In this document: positions 34,206-48,269 of the stretch, piece by piece
Layout: every line of letters starts with the position of its first letter
Numbering within the stretch: the first letter of the stretch is position 1
DNA from: Camelus dromedarius
Lineage: Eukaryota
Assembly: GCF_036321535.1 (NCBI RefSeq)
Contig: NC_087438.1
Location: forward strand, 2,854,001 to 2,918,000
DNA length: 64,000 bases
Direction: 5' to 3'
The notes under the pieces: model-generated
The model's database searches: none
What the model was told of the DNA's origin: nothing
What the model saw: the letters and a program-made list of their open reading frames with translations, nothing else
Position numbers and translations under genes: made by a program

Positions 34206-37200
34206 ACTTTTTAAATGAAATTGCTCCTGGATTTGCCACACAGGAACAAGAGAGAGAGCGTGGCCATGACATCCTGGGACGCTGGTGTCTTCATCAGCCG
34301 TAACTCGTACACGTCTGAGTGTCTGCTGTATGCAGCCAGCCCTGAGCAAGCCACATGTTTATTTCCAAATCTTTAAACCTAAGAAGAAGTCAGAGAACCG
34401 ATGGCACCAGCACCTGGGTCTTTCCGGCTCCATGCTGCTTCTACTTCTGAAACACCAATCTCTCCCTTTGCAATTCCCATGCTTCCAAAACCCCTCCTTC
34501 TAAGAAATAATTTGAAAAGTTGCTTAGAAACACCTAGCTCAACATTTGAATTGCCTTGCGTTTAGAATCTGAAATTCAGTGAATTTATGGAGAAGCACAC
34601 ATGCAGGACATCATCACAATCACATTGCACAGGGGTGTTCCTCTTCCACACCACGAAGGAAAAAGGGCAGCTGAGAGTGGCCATCCCCGCGGTACCTTTG
34701 TGTCCATGACTGAGCAAACCTTTCACCCTGAGTGAATGAGTTGAGACAGACTCCGATACACGTTGCAGGAACAAAAATGATTTTACAGATAGCATAATGA
34801 ACCTCCGCCTGTTGGTTTCATCTCCTCTGAGCCTTGCTTCTCTGCTACATCTCTTAGACAATAGCTTCACAGTTCCCATTTTATTTATTTTGATAAAGCA
34901 CAAACGTTTTTTATTTTTTAAATTGATGGTTTAGCTGAGCTGTGACTTCCGGAATTCACTGACCTGCACATAATCCAGGAATTTCTTTGTGTCCCTTGCT
35001 GTGACGGGAGGCTCCTGAGCTTTCTGGCCAGGTCTGCCCTCTGAGCCCAGGGGCAGGTGATTTTGCCCATGAGGTGGATAAATACTCTTCCCCTGTCTTC
35101 ACAGGGGTTATGATGATAGGACCACTATTCTTGCACAGTGTGACCTTCCAAACTGCAGATAAGTTCTTAACCTGGCAGGTGCATTAATCTCCTTGAACTC
35201 TGGACTGCAGCGAGGCAGTAAAAAATTTCTCCTCTGAGGGGTTGATGGAACCCTTACGTGTGGACGGTCTCCTCGGTGCCTAGGAGTCATTTTTTGAGAA
35301 CCTTTTGATCTTTCTGCCATTAACACTCAGGACTCCCACTGCAACATAAGAGACAGGATTATAACAATGAACAAAAGGTTACATGTGCCCAGAATATTTC
35401 ATTTCAGAAAAAAAGGACAGAACCTTCTTGTGTTCTACACCCTCTTCTGCCATCTCATATTTTCTGTTTTCATTATAAATTAAATCACTTTATTGTTCAT
35501 CTTATTTTTCCTGCTACAGATGTTGGACAGTTAGATTCTAGTGCCTGTGAGTGTTCAAAGGTTGAGTATGACAAAGTTTTTAAGGTTTTCTGACCACATT
35601 CTTTTTGTTGCCTTCTATTCATGACAAACATTAATATAACCCAGAATCTGTCAAAAATAATATAACTTCACAAAGCACATTTCCAATTAGTGTTGACTAT
35701 GACCTCGATAGTCACCATTATCCAATGAATAATCAAATGGACTGGAATGTGATGGGCAGAAGTGTTCATTTTTTTCAGACTTCATCTTGGAAAAGAGTTG
35801 GGCTGTTTTCTGTCCTTTATTGACTCCCAGACAATTCGACTCATAGATGAGTCACGATTCGGGGGATCAGAGTCACAGCAGAGAGGGGCTGTAGACTCCA
35901 CACAGCGATCCTGGGCAGCAGTGCACGTCACAGGAGAGGAGAGCGGACACGTAGCTCTGAATTTCCACTCTTAGAAAAGCTGTATGAAACGATTGTCAGG
36001 GAAGTTTGTGCAATAGGAAGTGTGGGGGCTGGAAAGCGGAATATTTATTTGGATTAGATACCACACATTTTTAACTTGCCTCAAGGAAAATTACATTGGA
36101 AAGAGAAGAAGATTTGGAACGGTTCCTTTCACAGATCTAAAGGATAACATTCATTCTTTTTTCAGCTAAAGAGTACAGAGAGAACATTCTTCCACCTTAT
36201 TTATTTTTAATTGAAGACGCTGGACAAACACTTGCCAAATTATTCAAGTGAGAGCCGTAATTAGGCAAGGCGAGTGGGGAGAGGAAAGCGGTTAAGTGCC
36301 AACAATGAAGCATCTATTTGTGGATATTACCACGCATAATGAAAGCAAAACAGTTGTAGCTGTGTATTAAATTTTGAGTATCGTTCCTAATAATACCCTC
36401 CATGTGTGAAGCAGTTGGCAGGAAGTTTCAACATAAGGACAAGTTCATGATGGCGAGATAGTTAAGAAACTAGTGCAAATAATTAAGGATTAAATAAGTA
36501 AAAGAACTAAATATGAACCAAAAAAAAAAAAAATCACAGGCTACAAGACTTTGTAGCACAAAGTGAAGTGGTTCTGGCCCGAATTATATTCTTTAAATTG
36601 CTTTCAAAAATGCTGACTGCACAATTGTCAGAGAGCTCCTTTGCAGACAAAGCCAGATTTTTTTTAATCTTTAGTATGCCCAATGAAAAGAGATGAGTGA
36701 AAAACCAATGTTTTATTGTTCAAGGAGATACAGACTCCTAGGCTTAATATGCTAAAAATGATTACTTCTGAACTTCACGTAGTGAGGATGCCACAGTCTT
36801 TTCAAATACAAGTGGGGTTTGTATGTCTTCCCCAAATCCTAACTGAAATATGAGCTCATGGAAGTGTCCCCTAGGTATGCGCATTGGGTGTTTGCTACTG
36901 AATTCCTGTCACAACAGTCTGTTGGCCAATTCACGCAGACAAGAAGTTTACCGTACTCAAGAAAAACAATGGCATTTTATGGGACTGATCCACAGTAAGG
37001 ACTGTATTTCTTGTTGGTAGAAGCGAACCCTTCACAAGATAAGAGCACAAGAATCCTTTAGAAACTTTGAAAATGTGTATCTGTTCTAAAGTCCTTGCAG
37101 GAATTTTCACACCAGCTCCTAGAGCTTCCTCGTAACCACGCGAATGCAAGGTCACATCGGACCTCTGAGAAGGCCTGAGTTTCCATCATGGACAACGTGA

Positions 37201-37659
37201 CTGTGGAAAGAGAAGGGTGGAAAAGCAACACGGGAATTGAACAATCACATAAGCATCTGAAGAATCAGAATAGACCTCTGCCCACGTAGGATGGCAAATA
37301 CGTTGCCAGCTGCCTCTGCCTAGGGGGACGGGGCTATTTTCTTGTATTTTCCGAACCCTCTTGGAGAGTTAGGCCTCGTCTGTACAAAAGTGTTTGCCCC
37401 AAATTGATACTCTCTTCTCAGGTAAGTAGGAATAATCCAGGAATGTTTGTTTGTTTCTTTGTTTTTTGCAAAAAAAAAATAAATAAAAATCTCCAGGTTC
37501 CCTTGTCAGATTTCATTTCATTTCTTCCAAATACATGACTGATTGTTTCAAAGGGTTTGGACAGACTTTGTAGGCAGTGCAAAGTCTGTCTCAGTTTGTG
37601 TGACAGTGAAGTCGGTCTCGGGGTCTCTTTCCAGGGCCCGCCCTTCACCCTCCGTGGGG

Positions 37660-38222
37660 ACGGAGCAGCAGCTTTGAAACATGCCTTAGACCTGTTATCA
37701 TTCCCTTGTTTGAAACCCCCCGGAATGGCTTCTGTCACCCACTGTCCTCCCTGGAACAGCGAAGCCCACACAAGCTGGTCTCCGCTCAAAACCACGACGC
37801 ACGGTGCGCCCTGTGTCCTAGCTCCCCGCTCACACGCCAGCCTTCCTTCTGCCTCCGGACTGCAGGGCGCCTTTCCCAGCTCTCTGGATGGGGCTCTGGC
37901 TCTTCCTCAGAAATCTCCCTCCTGCTCATCCTTCTCCCCCACCCCGTCTGTCCCCAAACCTCAGCTCACAAAGTTCCCGTCCTCCACAGGCCTTCCGTGA
38001 CCACCCCGCAGGTGCAAACTACTCAGCTCCTCTCCGCAGGTTGACATTTACTCCTTCCCCTTTAGGCTGATGTCCCTTTATTGTTCATTGCCTTTCTCCT
38101 CCCCTAAAACATAAGGCCCACGAGAGCTCAGGCCTCTTCTGTCCTGTCCAGTGCAGTGGCCCCTGTATTTGGCACAGCGTCTCGAGCTCCGTTGGGGCTT
38201 GGAAAGCCTTTGATGAGTGGAA
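37660..38222 (+). mobile_element. L2 3' fragment
   Basis: TCATTCCCTTGTTTGAAACCCCCCGGAATGGCTTC and CCCTAAAACATAAGGCCCACGAGAGCTCAGG...TGGCACAGCG follow the L2a 3' layout. Confidence 0.7.
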
Positions 38223-40699
38223 GGTGGGAGAGGGGGATGGTATAAGGGGCGGCAGCAGAGAAAAGAACTCAGAGTGTATCCAGTTGGTGGGAGAAGGCTG
38301 GCTCCAGGCAGGGACCCAAGTTGGATTTGGTAAACAGTTAGAACTTCCGGCTTGGGTTCAGAGACGACTCAGCAGAGAGATCACATTACAGTTCAAGAGC
38401 AAGTGCGAGGCTGCGGGTCCTGACCTTGGTGACCTGGGGTGGAAAACGACTTTTCTGTGACTCTGTTGACCAAAGACTGAATGCACGTCTGGGCAGAAAG
38501 CTTGTTCCCAGGCAAGAATGGCTCCTGTTTTGATCCAGTGTCTCTACACAGTTGCTTAACCTTGCTTTATACATGATATGGCATGCACTGATCCAGAGGG
38601 TGGATTGCTTCCAAGATATCTTTTTTTAAGGAATAACTAATATACCCAGTAAGTCTTCCCAAAAAGAGCTTTGCAAAATATGTCTGTAGTGGTTAAATTT
38701 TATAATCAAATAAATGGCAACCTTTTATACTGCAGCTCTGTGTCAACACATACTGCTGCCCCCCCCTCGCCTGCAACATCCACTTTTCATCAATCGTCTG
38801 TTTTCTATTTGCTTTGTTTTGCTTTTCTTGTCATTTTCTTTGACAAGATTCAGCATGACGAAGAGGAAGTGACTAACCCACTTCTTCTGAGAAAGCATCA
38901 AAGAAATGAAGATTCCAACACTCTTTCATGTTGGCCGTTCACCCTTTAAAGGATTTTTGGCAGCTAGAGTTTATGCAAAGACTGATCATTAAATAAGGGG
39001 ATTACAATAGGCTTATTATTTTACAAGTTAAAAAAAGAAATGAATGCACTGAATGACATGGCTGTTGAAATCCTTCTTGCAAAATATGCTCCCACAATAT
39101 TACTCCCATAATACTTTTTACTAAGAGTTGACAATTGTTTGCATGTGAAACTAATATGTTAAATTAAAACACCCTGCATGGTGTTTTATTATTTGAGTGT
39201 ATTTTTTTTTTGTAGTACTACTAATAAGAAAAGTACTCAGAGTTCAGCAGTATTTTGCAGAAAAGTATGTTATGAACTCTGAGACAAATAAAACATGCTA
39301 GCAAAGGAATTGAACAATGTTTGTCTTTCAAACTGTTATTCTTTTTTTGTTTGCAGAGATTTCATGAACCATCCACAGAACTCTAGTGAGCATTGTTTGG
39401 AGACCTTCCTGAGGACACAGGACAAAGAGAGAGTGGGTCTGACCTCCAATACATGATAGATGGAAACATCCATTGTCTTAGTTTGACATTATTGTTCTCA
39501 ACTTTAATTTTTATTTTTATTCTTCCATGAAGAAAAGAATGGATTGACTGTCAATGTGGGAAAGATGGTAATTTGAGCACATCCGATTTCAATATCTAGT
39601 TTTTAAACTTGAAATCATATTTCAGTAGATAAATCTAGACTAATATTGCAAAATATTGTGATTTTTGCAGGTGGAGGGGAGTGATTCCCGCTTGCTCACT
39701 ATGTGGTGTCATCCATGTCCTATCAATTCCCCTTGTGTTACAACTTGGATGAGTCGATTACACTCAGAGGGAGAACCTGTGTGTAAATTCCTGGATGCGA
39801 TGCTACTGCCCAGGTTCATTTTCCCTCTAAAAATGGCAGAAGAAAATAACTTCTATTGTGAAGATGGTGACTACAGAATATTCTAACGTTTCTCTTTAAA
39901 TACTTTTGAAGTAACCTCAGCAGATTTGGACACTTGCAGAAGTCTTCAGGGAAACAGACAGAAACCAGCAAAAGAAAGCTACACTTTTAAAAACTTCATT
40001 CTACCTCAAATTAGCTCTAGGGGAATAGCCTGGATCAGATACGGTCAGATGGGCTCCCTCCTGAGCTTAGGAACCTGGACCACCAGGACGTTGGTGGTGT
40101 AGGTTGGAAATGCCTCCCCTGGGAAATGTATGGTCATTCAGTTCCCAGGGAAACATTGAGAAACGGTGTGTTTTAGATGGAATGCTGAGTACTCACATGA
40201 TTGAAGATACAAAGTTGAAGTGATAAACAGATGGAGTGTCTTGATTTATTTTTTAATGACAGTAAAGAAATAAAGGGCAATAAAATAAGAAGAAATAATG
40301 ATTTCCATATAAGAAGAAATCATGCTTTGGAGTTGGACAGGTCTCCATAGGGACTTGTTACCATTTGTAAATGGTGGGCGTACCCTTCAGTCATTAACCT
40401 AGATCTTCTCTTAGAGTAAATTGGCAAACTAGAAAGTATGGAGTCTTGGAAACAGAAGGAGCTACAAGACAAGGGGTGTTGAACAAAACGCTGACCTTCT
40501 ACTCAGGGATGCAGCCGGGGAATAAATGTCCCAACTCACTATGCTTTATATTAGTCTCCTTCTCTTTGTCTCGTGGTCTCTCTCTGTCCTTTTCATCTTC
40601 CTGTGTTCTCCATTGACCCAAACCAAAGATGGGTAGATGGTGTATGCCCCACAGATCAGCTCTTGCAGCATAGAAAGTAGTGTTGGACTTCGAGGATGG

Positions 40700-40900
40700 A
40701 GGTCAAGGTCCGTGAGGCAAGTGGAGGACCACCAGCCCAACAACTTCTGCTGATGTCTCATCGGGTCTCTCCATCTGCAAGGGAGTCCAGGATGAAGAGT
40801 GTGTGCCCAGACACATCACCACTACTAACTGAATAAATCTCTGATAAATAACAGAAGAGGGAAATGAGTATTACAAAATTAACCAGGAGTGTTTGCTACA
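40700..40900 (-). mobile_element. Probable old MLT1 LTR fragment
   Basis: TGCAAGGGAGTCCAGGATGAAGAG, GTGCCCAGACACATCACC and GAAATGAGTATT...GTGTTTGCTACA resemble reverse MLT1K/J ends. Confidence 0.45.
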
Positions 40901-43110
40901 AGATGGCTTTATCCAAAGAGCTGGAGAACTCTGAGAAGACAGGGACAGAGAGAAGTACAGACAGGGAGGATTCAGCCCCGTATCACCTAAGATACTGAAA
41001 ATCAATGGAGATAAAAACTGCAGATCCATCGCCTGGACAGGTAATCCACAAGTTATAACTGGATCAGGTAATTAAAAAAAAAAATTCAGCTTTGCCTCCA
41101 CTTTACGTATAATAAGTATGAATAAGGAAAATGAGTAATTCTGTGAAGGAAATCGAATAATTGATGAGAAAAGCAATTACCCATGTATCAAAGCTAGCTT
41201 GAGATATGTAGTGACATGGGTACCATTTTGTTTGAAGTTTGCATAATCGGATAGACAACGTCTTAGCCTGGGATCTCTAGGAAAAGGACCAATGCTTGAT
41301 AAGAATTGCAGTCCCAGGGATGTGTGATTGAGGTTGGAGGGAAGTGATGCAGACGGTCAGGGATGGGGACACTGGAAGATGCTGAGTATGGCTCGCTGCC
41401 TTATGAAAAGAAACAGCCTGTTAGGTGGCCAGTCCCTTGGAGGGAGCAATGGAGAGGACTTGATCTAGCTGACTGCCTCTTCTTTGGGACTCCTGGTATT
41501 CAATGTTTGTTCCATCGGGAGTTAACTTCCTACAACTCTGGGTCGCCTCCCCTGGCCTCTAAGGCCGTCACTGAGAAATGAAATAGCCACATTGCCAGGA
41601 TAACCAGTTCTGGGCTGACGCGCATGGTTGAGTAAGCTTGGAGGGCACAGGGGACTTTTGAGGCCAAAAAAATCAAATCAGGATTTTAAAATGTGCCCAA
41701 TGTGTAAAATTTTAGGACACAATCATTCAAATGAAAACTCCAAATTAAAAAAAAAACCACAAAACAAACAGCTCGCACTGTTAAAATCTGAACTAATTTT
41801 GCCAACAGCAATCTACCTTTTATTTTCACTCTTTTACAATGTTCTTTCTATTTTATGATTTATTAGCAAGTACATAAATAGCATGTGTTGCTGACATAAT
41901 ACATTCGTCTTGGTAAGTAATAATTAAGAACATTTAATTATGCAAACTTCTGATTTAAAAAAGTCATTAGACACTTTTATTCATGATTATTTTTCATGGG
42001 TAGAGTAGACAGATTGAATCATATCCCTAACTGACCGCTTCTCATCATGTCATCTGTACTATAAAATGTGATGTTACTGTAAATGAGAGCTAGTCATACT
42101 CTAGTTAATTTCCTCCATGGCCTTCCTGCTCACAGTAATTTGTATCTTTATTCCCAGAATGATTTCTGATGAAAACCAAGAATACATGTTTTATAAGGCC
42201 TTTTGCCAAGAGTGTTTTAGTCTAAGACAAAACACACATTTTGTTTAAGCCATCACTAAATTTTCATGGTTCAAAAATCTCTGAAATATTATTCAGCCTG
42301 GATAAAACATTCCATGCCAGAAAAATGCATTCAGTCGTTGGCTGCCTTGGTGATCAATTATTCAGAAGTGCTAAGTTCAGCCCAGCACCATTCAAAGCCA
42401 TCTCTAGAAAGGCCCCTGAAGGACTGATGATAATGCAAGAAATCAAGTAAAATGAAGGATTTTTTTAAATCCTCTATTGTGAAAAAAACCACATTCTTAG
42501 AGCCACAATGACCTTGGCGCAGGACGTTTTCTGGGGATTGATGGCCACCTCGGACAATCAACTCCCACAAATGACCATCAATTCCCAGGCAGTGCCCCGT
42601 CCGCATCGCTCTTGCCTAATTCAATTATTTGCGGTTGTGGGCTTGCCTTGGTGAATATTTTATTGTGCAGTCAGGCTCTCTGACTTTCCTCTCTCCCTGC
42701 CCGGTTTTATTTCCCTGATATAGACCAGGCCAGGTTTACATTCACCTCACACACTCAGAACCAGATCTAATTCATGGAGAGAAAAATATATGTGCATTCA
42801 TAGATGCAGATGGAGTTAAGTGGACATTGGGGGAAATATTTATAAACAAATTCAAATAGACATAGATTATCAATGTGCACATATGCTAGTTTCATAAATC
42901 ACTGTAGGTCATTTTCTTAGAGTGGGTTTTTATATCCAAACGAAGATTAGCTTGTGAATCTTAGTATAAAGCAGAAATTGAAAATCACAATTTAGATAAC
43001 GTTGGACGTTACTGGTTGAATCAACAGTTAAGAGTCTCTTAACGTAAGACTGGAATTTAACATTAGAAGCAGAGAAAAACAAAGCAAAACATTACACGTG
43101 TAAATGGCCA

Positions 43111-43251
43111 TGTATGTGCATTTTGTGTGAGTGTGTCTATGTGTGTGTGTGTGTGTATGTATGTGTATATGTGTGTACCTCTGTGTGGGTATGTGCATGT
43201 GTGTGCATGTGTGGGCACGTGTATGTACGTGTGCTTCTGTGTGTGTACACA
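43111..43251. repeat. Degenerate (TG)n / purine-pyrimidine alternating tract
   Basis: About 140 bp of TG/TA/CA alternation. Confidence 0.9.
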
Positions 43252-43817
43252 CCTGGGTCTGGGCCAGTACCCAAGTCTCCACCTGAGGTTAAGGACAATG
43301 TCTATTAGGACTTATGGAGACTAACACGCAGGCTTTGTCCTCAGAGAGATCAGATTCAAATCTCAGTTCCTTCCTGAGGCTAGGGAGCTTTGAATACGTT
43401 AGCGCACTCCCTGCAGGGGAGCGCTACCCGCATTCCTAGTGTTTTTGTGAGGATTGGACCTGAGTCTGTCCCATGTTCTCTCGTGGTTAGTGTGCAGACA
43501 TATTACAGGGGACATGCGGCTCTCAGTGTGGATAAATGTGGGTGTGCGGCTACGCAGTTTATTACAGCAGCATCATTCCACTTGTAATGTTTGTTTCTGC
43601 TCAAGATTTGGGTCTAACAATAAAAGAGTTTATTAGATTATAAAACTCCAGCCTCATTAAAATAATAACCAAATTGGAGTACTCTAAAATTAATTATACA
43701 TTTAAATGTGACATTTTGAAATTTATTAATTTTATTATATTTTATAATCCTTGCCTATACTTTATTTGTATATAAATTTTACATAATCTAACTTTTATGA
43801 GCATGGCCGTGTTCCTG

Positions 43818-44399
43818 TGAGACAGGAGGGAGGGGGCAGGTCACAGCCATTAAAAGAAGGACACAGCAACCAGCGCCAAGATGGCGGAAGAGCCACATCC
43901 CAGTGGACCCTGAGCCTCATCATAGGCTCACTGAGATACAGTAGCTGTCAAATGGCGCTCCCACAGGTTCCAGGACAGTTTCAATGCTGATCATAAAGGG
44001 TCAAAAAGTGGGTGGGGCCCAGTTCCTGGGACTCCTAGCCCCTCCCCAAAGGACTTGGAATAACCCTCCCACTTGTCAGCATGTGAAGCTCCCAAGCCCA
44101 TTACGACAGCTCCCACACCTCCGGCCCCATCCCATTTTCCCCACAGACCCCCTGCTCTGGACCCGCATTCTGCCAGTGGAACGTGTACCTCCTAGGCCTT
44201 CCTCTTGTCTTCTGGGACGGCCTGTACTGTCTGCGGAGTGTCATCTCTCTGAATAAATCCACCTTCACTGGACTATGGCTTGCTTTTGAATTCTTTCCTG
44301 CACAAAGCAAGGCCCCTCACTTGGCGGGGACGGCCCCAGGGGGCTCCAGGCCTGAGGCCAGGACATGGCCATCCTCTCCTGCCCAGTTTTCCTGTATCA
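43818..44399 (+). mobile_element. ERV1 solo LTR, MER41-like, complete (582 bp)
   Basis: TG...CA ends with a 9/10 terminal inverted match (TGAGACAGGA / TCCTGTATCA), 4-bp TSD CCTG (43814-43817, 44400-44403) and AATAAA at 44252-44257. The U3 block GGTCAAAAAGTGGG...CAGTTCCTGGGA...GAATAACCCTCCCACTTGTCAGCAT parallels MER41. Confidence 0.9.
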
Positions 44400-47300
44400 C
44401 CTGGACTCAGAGACTTCAGCTTGTCATTAAGAATCTAACTAGCGGATAAACAACTAAGTGTGCCCCACCCTCTTCTGTGTCACAACAACATTAAGACCAC
44501 ATTTTAGGATTTCTTTTCTTTTTTTGTCCTTATTTCCTAAATAATGATATGCACACATTAATACAAATTCCAAAGCAACCAGTGTATCTATTTGTTCACA
44601 GATCCATTATGTTAGAGAGCTGTTTTTTTCACATTAGGCGCACAGATAGGATTACCTGCAGGACAGTGCAAGAAGCAAGCTTGACCCGGCCCTCCTCACA
44701 TCCCACCCTCTTCACTCCGAAAGCCAGACAGGTCCCTGGGGGCGGCCGCCCACTCCTCCTGAGGAAAGAAGTGTGGGGTCCTCCATACACAGTCAACAAA
44801 CGCAAACACTGACGGAATCCAACACAGTGATTCACAGCAATGAATCTCTTGCCACTGAGATTTAAGATTTAGATACTTCATGGGCAGGAAATATTGCAAT
44901 CAACACGCATTTACATCTTGTAATAAGCGTGGAAAATGAAACATTGTGGAAGCTACTATTTTTAAGTATAGTATTTATTAATCAGATACATTAAATGGGT
45001 TCATGCAGACATTATTATTAAATCATTACATCTTGACATCATTAGCTGAGCTCAACTAGTCATCATTTCATCTCAACAGGAAGACCTAAGTGTCCTCTCA
45101 CTGGTAACATCTGAGCATTCAAAGAATTCCTGCTCAGGTCTGATGGTCTAGGAAACAAAATAGCACTTCTTTCTTTTTCAATAGAACTTGGTTTAAATTA
45201 AGAAGTTGTTACCCATGCTCTGAGACGTATTTTTTTTTTCAATTTGGGGGCTTAAAAATAAAAAACAATTTATCCCCAAAATTTTAGATGGAGGCACTAA
45301 ATTAATTTTCCACTAGATAAAAAATTAAATTGGAAAAGGTAAGATCTGTCCCCCATCTAGATACATGGACCAATTCTTTTCTCTCGCTCTCTTTTTTTTT
45401 TTTAACTAGATGTGAGAAACCAAATTGGGCACAGACTTTAAATTAGCAAAATGTGTGTGTATGTGTGTATGTTACCTGATAAGAGAAATATGAAAATGCT
45501 ACCTTCTGGGTCTCTAAATGCCATTAAGATGTGAATACTTGTTTAGGCTAATATCGACCATTTGTTGGGTCCTAATCCCTTACCAAGTGCTGTAGAGGGT
45601 TTTCCTGTCTATACCACGTACCATGTCATGACTGGTACTACCACCATCATTGTCACACTAAGGGAAGGGTCCTTGATAAAGAAGTAAGCGCCTGAGGTCT
45701 TCTCTCCTAAGCAGGATGGACAAAACCCAGGGCACATGACCACACTGCGCAGCCAGAGTACAGCCAGCATCTCAGATTTCAAAATTAAGACCACGATGTA
45801 GATTTCACAGAATAAAGTTTCTGCTGAGCTCTCACAGGGATTTCAGACAAACCTAGACTCCACTGGAAAGCGTAACTAACATTTATAGTATTCAATACAA
45901 AAATATAATAATGCTAAAGAGAGGTACCTGAATGAAAATAAATTATGTTTGGGTGACAATTTTCAGATGAAGAGCACAAGCAAGATGTGAAGAATTTTCT
46001 GTGGTTTTGGAGGATTTGAAGTAAACTATTTATAAGTGTTTAAAATATATTTGTTTATAATTCGCAAATTAAAATTTCTGACTCCCAAGTCCTGTCTCTC
46101 GTGGAGAGCGCACATGCAAGAAACTCCATGTCAGGGTTTCCACTATAAACGTTATTTCTAGGGATTTATAACTTTTGCCATAAAATGTGACCCCAGGCAT
46201 TAACTATCTTTTCTCAACACCGAGACTGACATTTTCAAGTGTAACTTTTCATACACATGCTGAAAAGAAGCTGGCAGTGGAGCTGTTTTTAGTACGTAAT
46301 TGCTGAAAACATACCAGTGTTGCCGTTTGAGGGGTGTACCTGGACCGCATTTACTGCAAGTCAGAAACCTTCATTAAACAGCAGTTAATGCGTCTATAAT
46401 AGGGTCTAATCCTAGTTGACTTGAAAACACATATACAAGCCCTAAGTTTCGGCCTGGGTGTTACTTTTTTTCCCGAGTGATGTGCGCCCTCCCTGCAGCT
46501 CTGTCTGCCCCTCACCTCCGCCTCCCTCCACACGTGACATCCTCATTACTCACAAAAGCGCTTTGTGGCATTGCGGGTTTATGGGAAAGGAAAGTGTCGG
46601 CATCTACTGCTTCCTATGAGAAATGAACATTGACTTTCTCTGAAGAAAATGTAAATGGATTTACTTAATTGGACTTTGGGCATTGGGGCAATTAATAATA
46701 GATTGTGTCATAGTGAGGGCTTTGTGTGTATTTAAAGCAATAAATTACAAGTATTAAATGTATATTTATTCCAAGTTAAACTCATTTCTAATTGACATGG
46801 TACTTAGCCCAGGGCTTTTAAGATCTTTTAGTATAATTAAATTAATAGAAAGCTATGGATCACAGTATGATAAACAAACAGCCTAGACTTTAATATGACA
46901 GATATACAGAACAGGCCATGTAAGGAGATCATTATTATCGGTTTAGGTTCAGCAAAAATACCACCAGAATGGAAAGAAAAGAAGAAAACGTGTGGCTGAC
47001 GTGGGTGACATAAGGCATTCCTCTTGTCCTCGTCTGACCAGCCAGCGTCAGAAACCCCATGCTGGGTGGGAACTTCATTATGAACATTTCTTGGATGGAT
47101 CAATGCTTTATACCAGAAGCTCTTAAAACCCCACATCAAACATTTAAAGGCTATTATTATGGTCCATCAAGGCTTTGGGCAGTCAAAAAAAATAATAGTA
47201 TTTCACGTCTGTAGCGCAGAACTAGCCACCTCTAGTTTCTATTGGTTTCAAAACCTTCATTTATAAATATAGTCTTTACTGCTAAATGCATATTATAAAT

Positions 47301-47589
47301 TCTATTGACCTGAAATGGAACAGTGGCTTTAGTTTTACAATTTTAATTTGTCTAAAAACTCAACATGCTTGACAACCATTTGTTTTCCTTGTTTGTTCGA
47401 CAATATTCTGGAGAGACAAAGACAGCCTTCTCCAATAGGAGGGAAAATTGAGATAGAGGCTATGTCTACAGGCTGAATTCTTTCGTCTCCCATCAAAATG
47501 GTTTGATGTGGAGCCCCGTGTGCCTTCCTGGCCCCACGGGGACTACTTGGGAACAAGTCCTCATGCCCACATGTCTGGTGCTCTCTTCT

Positions 47590-47730
47590 CCTGAGATTTC
47601 TCATTTTATGTCTCTTTTTGCGCCTGATGAACTGGTCCTCCAGGACCAGAGGCCTCTTACTAATCTCTGTACCCCCATTGGCCACAGTGCTGAGCACATA
47701 GTATGTGTGTGATAAACACCTGTCTAGTAA
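47590..47730 (+). mobile_element. L2 3' end
   Basis: CTCCAGGACCAGAGGCC...ATCTCTGTACCCCCA...CACAGTGCTGAGCACATAGTATGTG. Confidence 0.7.
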
Positions 47731-48269
47731 GGGAAGGCAGTATTCCCACGGCGTGTCTTATGACTGAAATGATTCCTCTTCACAGAGCAGATGAAGCCTG
47801 GGAGGGGCGGGGACTTCTCCGAGACAAAGCAGGATGTCTGCACAGGCTTTGATCCTCATGCGGGATTCTATTTCTGGGGTTTCTACATCCATCAGTTGCT
47901 TCTCAAGTGCAGTTAAGTCACAGGAAGCCCTAAAAACCCAACCAAAAAGTGTATTTGTCAAGACAAAACTTGAATAGTTAGTGAACGCTTACTAATGTTT
48001 TTGAGTTTATGTTCAGCACCAGATTTCATTCCCCAAGCATTGTATCGACAGTGTTTTGCTGCGTCGACAACATAAATTCCTGCTGCTCCTGCGTTTCGTG
48101 GGCTAGGTGTACTGCAGTGAAGGCTCCAGCGTGATTTGTACCCGTAATTGGGTTTTTATTATTTGGTGTCCAGGCAAGGATGCTTAGATGAAGAGTTGCT
48201 CAGTATCACCTTATCCCTGTGTGATGTGCAGGGGTGGGGTTTTCTGCACCTTTTTGACTTCCTAAAGGT

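Noticed and set aside
37419..37427. Perfect plus-strand donor CAG|GTAAGT
   Set aside because: No convincing upstream acceptor or promoter; it shows that such motifs arise by chance.
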